Below, piece by piece: positions 58,301-64,000 of a DNA stretch of 64,000 nucleotides; position 1 is the first letter of the stretch; each line of letters opens with the position of its first letter. Location: NCBI RefSeq assembly GCF_028641065.1, contig NC_073411.1, forward strand, positions 13,578,001-13,642,000, in the 5' to 3' direction. Under the pieces are notes generated by a model. The model was not told the origin of the DNA and made no database searches. It saw nothing but the letters and a program-made list of their open reading frames with translations. The stretch is from Leucoraja erinacea. Lineage: Eukaryota. The position numbers and the translations under genes are program-made.

Positions 58301-59399
58301 TTGTGGTGTGAAAATAGCTCTCCAATCTCACCGAGTTATATCTATTTTTATGGTTTGGGTCACCCATACTAAGAGAAATGCAATTTAAATAATTTAGTTC
58401 TGGGTGGTAAGAAAGGGATGCTTCCACAGATGGTCATTGATGGGAGAGATTCTAAATTATAAGTGGTAAATACATTGAAAACTGAAAGGTCTGTTTCATT
58501 GTGAAGTTACATGTGTGGGAAGAAGGTTTCTATGCCAAACTGACCGCTTTCTGATGTGAAATTAGTGTGTTAGGCTGCCCTAGACTGCATGGGATGCAAA
58601 TGAATGTCTGGCACCAGACCTACCGGTGAGGTTTTCAAATCCCTTGTACAACATAAGCTGTGGAGAAAAACACAAAATGCTGGAAGTCAGTTGGTCGAAC
58701 AGCATCTGGGGGGGAATCGACAGACTAAAGGACCTGTCCCACATGCGTTTTTTTTTATTTTTTTGGCGACTGCCGGCACCCGTCATAGTCGCAGCAGGTC
58801 GCTGAAGATTTTCAAAAATGTTGAAAATCCAGAGGCGACCAGAGAAAGGTACGACTCTTTGGGCGACTACTCACGACCATACAGGCGTTACCCCGCGACA
58901 TGTCGACACGTGATGCCTGTACAGCGGGTGAGGCGGCATCATGCAATCCTTGCATCTCACCTCCTGAGTTTCTCCTGCATTTTTGTCTACCATCGATTTT
59001 TCCAGCATCTGCAGTTCTTTCAAGGTGCGTGGTTGTGCCGGGGGCTTTGCGCAGGATACGGTACGGTCAGAGCTCGCCGCCTGTCGGGCCGGATGATTAC
59101 GGGTTAGGGGTAGCATTTGGCCCGGGGGCCACAGGTTGCCGACCTCTGCTCTACACGTTGTACAGACAGCACCTGAGGGAAGGATCAAAGCAAGGTCTCT
59201 GATGCTGTAAGATGGCAACTCTAGTGCCATGCAGTTTTCTTGCACACTGATGTATTGAGTGAAATGGTTGTTGCATCATTGACATTGTGCTGTGTTGACG
59301 GCAGGAATCCCTGGCGAGCCACTACCAGTGGAGAGTGAAAGCGACATCTTTGAATACATTGAATGGCGATACAAGGAACCGAAAGAACGAAGTGAGTGA
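21188..59399 (+). CDS. POLB: DNA polymerase beta (family X), 14 exons, 1008 nt, 335 aa
   Basis: join(21188..21248,22704..22761,23759..23825,24003..24077,26470..26528,27115..27164,27952..28003,30029..30083,31574..31646,32343..32413,38062..38148,54327..54391,56029..56168,59305..59399). All introns GT-AG. Motifs: [10 protein letters not shown]-terminus, lyase K72, GSFRRG, GDMD (D190/D192), RRIDIR (D256), LYFTGS, EPKERSE* C-terminus. Confidence 0.98.
21280..22670 (+). repeat. C/T-rich polypyrimidine low-complexity tract filling POLB intron 1
   Basis: Nearly pure (CCCCT/CCTCT)n. Confidence 0.93.
22704..22761 (+). CDS. POLB: POLB exon 2 ([20 protein letters not shown])
   Basis: ttttgcag| ... AG|gtaatc, 58 nt. 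Confidence 0.96.
23202..23522 (-). mobile_element. HE1-like V-SINE
   Basis: Reverse complement of the same family. Confidence 0.85.
23759..23825 (+). CDS. POLB: POLB exon 3 ([22 protein letters not shown])
   Basis: ctgacag| ... CTG|gtgagc, 67 nt. Confidence 0.96.
24003..24077 (+). CDS. POLB: POLB exon 4 ([25 protein letters not shown])
   Basis: tttcag| ... AAG|gtacag, 75 nt; HhH motif and K72. Confidence 0.96.
24730..25056 (+). mobile_element. RTE (BovB-like) LINE 3' fragment
   Basis: [19 protein letters not shown]...KQQHRKER, then [24 protein letters not shown]2H2 finger; short UTR ending in (GAT)n. Confidence 0.75.
25071..26419 (-). mobile_element. 5'-truncated L1-clade LINE with open ORF2 C-terminus
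   Basis: ORF 25454..26380 (308 aa) with [14 protein letters not shown] zinc knuckle; poly(A) tail seen as a T-run at 25071-25097; candidate TSD ATTTTC at 25065-25070 and 26420-26425. Confidence 0.88.
26470..26528 (+). CDS. POLB: POLB exon 5 ([20 protein letters not shown])
   Basis: tctcgcag| ... GG|gtaagt, 59 nt. Confidence 0.96.
27115..27164 (+). CDS. POLB: POLB exon 6 ([16 protein letters not shown])
   Basis: tttgcag| ... G|gtacgg, 50 nt. Confidence 0.96.
27952..28003 (+). CDS. POLB: POLB exon 7 ([18 protein letters not shown])
   Basis: tctacag| ... AA|gtaagt, 52 nt. Confidence 0.96.
30029..30083 (+). CDS. POLB: POLB exon 8 ([18 protein letters not shown])
   Basis: ttctgtag| ... CAG|gtaagg, 55 nt. 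Confidence 0.96.
30222..30500 (-). mobile_element. HE1-like V-SINE
   Basis: Same family, reverse orientation. Confidence 0.8.
30920..31245 (+). mobile_element. L1-clade ORF2 internal fragment
   Basis: ORF 30933..31274 [20 protein letters not shown] is homologous to [20 protein letters not shown] of the L1 at 26.4 kb. Confidence 0.8.
31574..31646 (+). CDS. POLB: POLB exon 9 ([24 protein letters not shown])
   Basis: ctctttag| ... G|gttggt, 73 nt. Confidence 0.96.
31925..32140 (+). mobile_element. Penelope-like ORF relic
   Basis: [14 protein letters not shown]...[18 protein letters not shown], typical of the region C-terminal to PLE reverse transcriptase. Confidence 0.6.
32343..32413 (+). CDS. 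POLB: POLB exon 10 ([24 protein letters not shown])
   Basis: gttctcag| ... AAG|gtacgt, 71 nt; catalytic D190/D192. Confidence 0.96.
33807..34841. mobile_element. Non-autonomous DNA transposon, TAG..CTA termini, 7-bp TSD
   Basis: TIR TAGCAATGTTACAAAA / TTTTGCAACATACCTA; flanking CATCATG at 33800-33806 and 34842-34848; AT-rich interior. Confidence 0.75.
38062..38148 (+). CDS. POLB: POLB exon 11 ([29 protein letters not shown])
   Basis: ttttacag| ... ATG|gtaagt, 87 nt. Confidence 0.96.
38342..38663 (+). mobile_element. HE1-like V-SINE, full length
   Basis: TGGCGCAGCGG box A, GGTTCGATCCC box B, V-domain, CR1 tail. Confidence 0.88.
38665..39803 (-). mobile_element. CR1 LINE fragments (two subfamilies)
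   Basis: ORFs 38932..39120 and 39401..39772 ([30 protein letters not shown]). Confidence 0.88.
40660..42015 (+). mobile_element. Degraded Rex1/Babar-like LINE RT region, with nested CR1 piece 41197-41395
   Basis: Remnants [44 protein letters not shown] and YTFGDD (KFADD motif). Confidence 0.72.
42020..42322 (+). mobile_element. HE1-like V-SINE
   Basis: Family consensus match. Further copies at about 11560-11930(-), 12845-13143(-), 13895-14150(+), 18040-18320(+), 27450-27650(-), 43020-43328(+), 48625-48980(+), 53040-53230(+) and 55066-55538(+). Confidence 0.82.
43755..44345 (+). mobile_element. Rex1/Babar-like LINE 3' end
   Basis: ORF 43798..44115 [41 protein letters not shown]; AATAAA then a (TTCA)n tail. 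Confidence 0.78.
44596..47075 (-). mobile_element. Tc1 (IR/DR type) transposon relic with nested insertions
   Basis: TIRs of about 220 bp, CA(T/G)TGCCTTCCATAATGTTTGGGACAAAGACCC, with inner direct repeat CATAATGTTTG. Transposase pieces [38 protein letters not shown] and [16 protein letters not shown]. Interrupted by CR1 (45025-45190) and a GC-rich element (45498-46210). Confidence 0.9.
45498..46210 (+). mobile_element. GC/CpG-rich non-autonomous retroelement
   Basis: Splits the Tc1 transposase; tail aaacggcatttcgtttgg..ccaaatgacaattaaa(TTGACTC)n; related copy at 49032-49735(-). Confidence 0.7.
48052..49863 (-). pseudogene. Possible second IL-10-family-like cytokine relic (copy B)
   Basis: Acceptor, then ATG at 49856: [39 protein letters not shown], cut by an insertion. 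48613 onward: [12 protein letters not shown]. 48348-48209: [20 protein letters not shown]...[11 protein letters not shown]|gtaaca. 48134-48052: [16 protein letters not shown]|gtatgt. Confidence 0.3.
49032..49735 (-). mobile_element. GC/CpG-rich non-autonomous retroelement, apparently full length
   Basis: Begins GGATGGCGG; ends gtatggctgtggaaacggaatttcgtttga..tcaaatgacaagtaataaa(TATTG)n. Confidence 0.7.
49937..51558 (-). pseudogene. Putative IL-10/IL-19/IL-20-family cytokine pseudogene (copy A) nested antisense in POLB intron 11
   Basis: Exon 51546-51404: [28 protein letters not shown]/(frameshift)[19 protein letters not shown]|gtgagt. Exon 51037-50974: cag|[20 protein letters not shown]|gtaagg. 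Exon about 50166-50088: RCDSG/PSLK*LG*ILLAHF|gtaagt. Relic 49962-49937: ILKTL/DEFE. Similarity was judged by eye against the remembered IL-20 sequence. Confidence 0.45.
51877..52206. mobile_element. PIF/Harbinger-like MITE
   Basis: TIRs of about 45 bp, GGCCCTGTCCCAC..GAGTTCATTTCCAAGAGCTCTCCCGAGTT, in a TAA/TTA context. Related partial MITEs at about 47815-47976, 51050-51265, 57765-57910 and 58728-58915. Confidence 0.72.
54327..54391 (+). CDS. POLB: POLB exon 12 ([22 protein letters not shown])
   Basis: tttgaacag| ... AG|gtgagt, 65 nt; D256. Confidence 0.96.
54552..55010 (-). mobile_element. CR1 LINE 3' fragment
   Basis: (CATAGAAA)n tail; near-identical to 39313-39760. Confidence 0.88.
55322..55356 (+). 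ncRNA. Minimal hammerhead ribozyme core in a Penelope-derived repeat
   Basis: GU-CUGAAGA-A-GGGU-UUUG-ACCC-GAAAC-GUU^GC. Confidence 0.55.
56029..56168 (+). CDS. POLB: POLB exon 13 ([25 protein letters not shown]...RPLGVT)
   Basis: cctgcag| ... G|gtagga, 140 nt; lies within ORF 55982..56179. Confidence 0.97.
56263..57219 (-). mobile_element. Vingi-like (Ingi/I group) LINE, 5'-truncated, young
   Basis: ORFs 56914..57138 and 56264..56941 separated by one frameshift: [56 protein letters not shown]. The stop is followed directly by a (TAAA) tail. TSD ACTCTTATT at 56254-56262 and 57220-57228. Confidence 0.8.
59020..59147. mobile_element. hAT-Charlie-like MITE end
   Basis: Terminus ggcccgggggccacaggttgccgacctctg (reverse complement CAGAGGTCGGCAACC). 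Confidence 0.5.
59305..59399 (+). CDS. POLB: POLB exon 14 ([31 protein letters not shown])
   Basis: Acceptor gacggcag|, stop TGA at 59397-59399. Confidence 0.96.
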
Positions 59400-59610
59400 T
59401 TGCGTGCCACCTGACAACCACGCACAGTCACCTCACAGAACACGCCGGGGTTTAGTGGGAGCGAGAATGTGCTGAATCTTGACAAGTAAAGAACCAAGTG
59501 AAATATTCCAGAAGGAATTCTCAATAACTTTATTCAAGACCTGGGTTTTGGCTAGCATGTTATGTATTTATAGAGATCAACTTTTGTACAAGGTCCCATG
59601 CAGTAATATC

Positions 59611-59669
59611 AATAAAGCACAATTAGGGATTTGCGGTGTAGTATTTAATCATGAATGAAAAATAATAAA
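59611..59669 (+). terminator. POLB poly(A) signals
   Basis: AATAAA at 59611-59616 and 59664-59669, 210-270 nt after the stop. Confidence 0.6.
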
Positions 59670-60910
59670 TATAAATATTCACATCATGTTTGTAAAACGA
59701 GTGGAGCAGAAGGGAAGTACTGGTCAGATAACATCATAGAAACATATAAAATAGGTACAGAAAGAGGCCCTTCGAGCCAGCACCGCCATTCATTGTGATC
59801 ATGGCTGATCGGCCCCTATCAATAACCCGTGCCTGCCTTCTCCCCATATCCATTGACTCCACCAGCCCCTAGAGCTCTATCTAACTCTCTTAAATCCATC
59901 CAGTGACTTGGCCTCCACTGCCCTCTGTGGCCCATTCCATAAATTCACAACATCAAACTATGCAAACCACTGCAACATTCACAGTTAGACCATCTCCAAA
60001 CTTAACTCAACATCACTGATAATTTCCAATCAATCCCCTTTAATTATTTTGATAAATGAGTACAGTATATAGATTGTTTACTTAGTTGATCATTGCAAAG
60101 ACAATAAATATTAGTGTCCCATTCTCCGCTTGGCTTGTACGCGGAATACTTCCACAAAAGATTTGCAAGAGGTCAACTTTGTGGTGGCAATGTGGGCCAT
60201 CGTACCTCTGGCTAACGTGGATACTCTGAGTCGTACAGAGCTCCCACCTGGCTGTATGCAGCCATGTTGAGTCAGAGGGTGGTGAACTACATTGCCTCGG
60301 AAGGCTGTGGAGGCCAAGTCAATGGATATGTTTAAGGCAGAGATGGATAGAGTCTTGATTAGTACGGGTGTCGGGGGTAATGGAGAGAAGGCAGGAGAAT
60401 GGGGTTAGGAGGGAGAGATAGATCAGCCGTCATGGAATGGCGAAGTAGACTTGATGGGCCGAATGGCCTAATGTTGCTCCTCTCACGTATGAACTCATGT
60501 CTGTCTCACAAGTTAGAGTGATAGAGTCATCACTTTGGCCCAACGTACCCATGCCGACTAAGATGCCTCATCTAGGGGGATCTTGGCCGGCATAGGCAAT
60601 TTGACCCATGCCGACCTGCCTGCTTTTGGCCCATATCCCTCTAAACCAGTGTCACCTTGCCACATTTGGCTCAGATTCCTCTACATCCAGCTGTCCAAGT
60701 TATGATGCTTTAGGTCACCTGCAACAGTGCTTGGAGCATAACTTCTCTATCCATGGCATGAGCACCATTCAGCTGCTGTGTCTCGCTCTGTGAGCCTCAA
60801 CTGTTTCTGGCATGTGTGGGAAGGAACTTGCGCGTGCTGGTTTAAACCGAAGATGGACACAAAATGCCGGAGTAACTCAGCGGGACGGGCAGCATCTCTG
60901 GAGAGAAGGA

Positions 60911-60947
60911 ATGGGTGACGTTTCGGGTCGAGACCCTTCTTCAGACT
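60911..60947 (-). ncRNA. Minimal hammerhead ribozyme core in a Penelope-derived repeat
   Basis: GU-CUGAAGA-A-GGGUC-UC-GACCC-GAAAC-GUC^AC: both conserved cores, stem II and a GUC cleavage triplet. Confidence 0.6.
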
Positions 60948-61374
60948 GTTGATAGAACCTAGATTTTTGAAGAAGGGTTTTATTTCCAGAAACTTGAGAC
61001 GTTGTTTTGATTTGAGTTAAACTATGTGACGTATACTATGAGCCCAGTTCTCTAAAAATTATGAAATATTACCCGAAATTTGGCAAATGCTTGTTTTACT
61101 AATCGAGTGCATGCATCAGTATTTTGAGGTTGCATGTAAGTGATGGCTGTGTGATTCTTCTTTCAGTTTGTCAGATCTTTAGGTTGTCTACTCTGTTGGT
61201 GGGTGGTGGGGGGTGGGGGGGGGACATGAACTATATATTACGGCTTTGAGAGGAAACATTCATTAGATTGAATGGAGGTTAGACTGCAGGTATTGTAATC
61301 TGGAGCAAAAAACAAACTGCACCAATCTCTTCACCCCCCCCCCCCCCCCCCCCCCCCGCTCTCCCTCAATGTCA

Positions 61375-61666
61375 GTAAAATAGGCAATAGACAATAGGTG
61401 CAGGAGCAGGCTATTTGGCCCTTCGAGCCAGCACCACCATTCAATGTGATCATGGCTGATCATCCCCAATCAGTACCCCGTTCCTGCCTTCTCCCCATAT
61501 CCCCTGACTCCGCTATCTTTAAGAGCCCTATCTAGCTCTCCCTTGAAAGCATCCAGAGAACCTGCCTCCACCGCTCTCTGAGGGAGAGAATTCCACAGAC
61601 TAACCACTCTCTGTGAGAAAAAGTGTTTCCTCGTCTCCGTTTTAAATGGCTTACTCCTTATTCTTA
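61375..61666 (-). mobile_element. CR1 LINE 3' fragment
   Basis: Same 3' UTR and FFSQRVVSLWNSLP remnant on the minus strand. Confidence 0.8.
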
Positions 61667-64000
61667 ATGAAGTGGGGTGGCTATATCAACGGTGCTGAAG
61701 CGGTGATGGTTGATAGCGTCAGGTTCCTCGGTATAAATCCCGCCAACAAATGATCCTCATCCAGACACCTTGAAGCTGCAGCCAGGAAGGCAGGCCAATG
61801 CCTTTAGCCTTGGAAGGCTAAGGAAGTTCGGCATGCCACCTCTCCCTCCTACTAATTTCTACAGATGCACCATAGAAGGCATCTAGTCAAGATGCAGGTA
61901 GACAAAAATGCTGGAGAAACTCAGCGGGTGAGGCAGCATCTATCAGGATGCAGCACAGCTTTGCCCAACACTGCACTGAACTGCAGACAGTTGCGAATCA
62001 TGTAGACCTCCCCCGACTCTCAGTCTGAAGAAGGGTCTCGATCCAAAGAAGGATCTCAACCCGAAACATCACCCATTCCTTCTCTCCAGAGATGCTGGCT
62101 GTCCCACCGAGTTACTCCAGCATTTTGAGTCTAGTACTAACTTTTATTCTTGTATTTTATACTTGTCTTATTTTATTTTAGCATGTTTTTATTTTCTATT
62201 CTTTTTAGTGACTGTTTGTAATTGCTTTTGATTGCTCTTTAATGCTTTGTGTAAAGCACTTTGAATTGCCTTGTTGTTGAAATGTGTTATATAAATAAAC
62301 TTGCCTGCTATCTTCGGTGTAAACCAGCATCTACAGTTCTTTCTTACACATAGGCCAGCCCCTGTTAACTCCATCTATACTTCCAGTTGATCTCTCAGTC
62401 TACCTTGTTTTGGCCCTTGCACTTTTCATGTATCTGCAGTTCCTCTGTTGCTGTTACACTATTCTCCACTCTGTTTATTTTCTCTGTTGCACTACCTGAG
62501 GTACTCATGTCTGCCGTGAATCGCTTGGATAGCACACATCAATGTCTCTTGCTACACACAAGAATTAACAAACACCAATATTCTTGTGAGTGACACACAT
62601 TCTAGATCGGGTTGAGAGCTGCTTACTTATGGTAATAAAATATGAGTGGTGAAAAGTGCTCCTCTCCCAACTTATAAATTGAGTAGCTTATGTTCCATTT
62701 TAAGGACAGTATCACTAATAACTTTGTGCTACAAACTTCACAAATTATGTTCAACTCACAACCTTTTATCCTTTGATGTAAGTGCTGGCGTTTGTGGACA
62801 GAAACTTTATTTTTCTTTTTGCAATCATTTGCAGAGGTATAAGAAGAAAGAACTGCTTGGTTGACTTTACTGTTGTGTGTGTAATAGTGTGCATTCTCTT
62901 TCACTATACTTTATAATATATGTTCCCTTTCAGCTAATAAAATATTAATCTGAATTGACATTGGAAGAAGTTGTATCAAATTTAATTTCACATTGGTCAT
63001 GCAAAATTCTATTTAATGTAGAAAATAATATGAACATCTGCAGTTCCAGATACAAACATATCACATTTAGAAATTTGAACACTCCACACAACTGCTTAAA
63101 AAAATGAATTTTCATTTTTGTGCCATTTCAAGTGATTTTGTTTATTTGATCTTTTTGATTGATTTGAAATATTTTAAGTTTATAAATTATTAGAGTGTTA
63201 GATTATTAAATTGTTAAATAGCTTGAAATGCAGAAATAGTTACATAGTTTTGAAAAATAATAATACAAAATCAATTGATTTAACAAAAGATAGCATTTGT
63301 ATATCGTTACAAATTGATACAGTAACTGAGCAGTGTATCCTGTAGCTGCGGAAAGCTAGACTGTACGAAAGATATTTTTGGACAGGCTATGTTTGGAGTA
63401 TTACATGGTAGTTTGGTCACCCTATTACAGGAAGGATGTGGAGGCTTTGGAGAGGGTGCAGAAGATGGTTTGAGGGGAGAAATATATACAATTTTGAGAG
63501 GCATCGATAGAGTATTCAGGCAGAACCTTTTTCCCAGGGTAGTCACGGCTTTACGGCCAACGAGATGTGTGACAACTTTACCACAATCCACCACAGTCCC
63601 CAAGAATCTCTGCGTAGGAAGGAACTGCAGATGCTGGTTTAAACCGAAGATAGACACAAAATGCTGGAGTAACTCAGCGGGACAGGCAGCATCTCTGGAG
63701 AGAAGGAACGGGTGATGTTTCATCAGTTTCGACCCAAAATGTCACCCATTCCTTCTCTCCAGAGACGCTGCCTTTCCCGCTGAGTTACCCCAAAAATTTC
63801 TGTTATCTTTGGTGGTGGATATAATCCTAGCACACGCTGGAGTGGCTAAGTCTTTATCCTGTTGCAGCATCCCTGTGTTCATTAAGTAATGAACCCTGCA
63901 CATCCATGTTACAGCCATTTCAAACATGTTACATATGTCATTATACTGGATGTGTCTACTTTCGATTTAAACCAGCATCTACAGTCCTTTCTAAGCCCTT

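Noticed and set aside
59700-64000. Downstream gene such as DKK4
   Set aside because: Only repeats and AT-rich sequence; no Cys-rich or other recognisable exons
1-64000. CRISPR arrays, operons or other prokaryotic features
   Set aside because: The sequence is eukaryotic with spliceosomal introns, and has no repeat-spacer arrays

Overview
Vertebrate genomic DNA, most likely a cartilaginous fish (skate, ray or shark), judged from abundant HE1-type V-SINEs, CR1 LINE tails and Penelope fragments. Two complete intron-containing genes lie on the + strand. ENKD1 has a non-coding exon 1 in a CpG island at about 3.85-4.11 kb and 7 coding exons at 8437-16852 (366 aa). POLB (DNA polymerase beta) has 14 coding exons at 21188-59399 (335 aa), with exon sizes matching the human gene as I recall them and all catalytic residues intact. 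The introns are packed with mobile DNA: HE1 SINEs, CR1, Rex1/Babar, L1, RTE/BovB-like and Vingi-like LINE pieces, Penelope fragments carrying minimal hammerhead ribozyme cores, a Tc1 relic, hAT and Harbinger-like MITEs, and two TAG..CTA elements with atypical target-site duplications. The most unexpected signal is on the minus strand of the 16-kb POLB intron 11. It is a set of spliceable, frameshifted exon relics resembling IL-10/IL-19/IL-20-family cytokines, apparently two or more tandem copies, which would be a decayed cytokine cluster nested antisense in POLB. That call rests on by-eye similarity and needs a database search.
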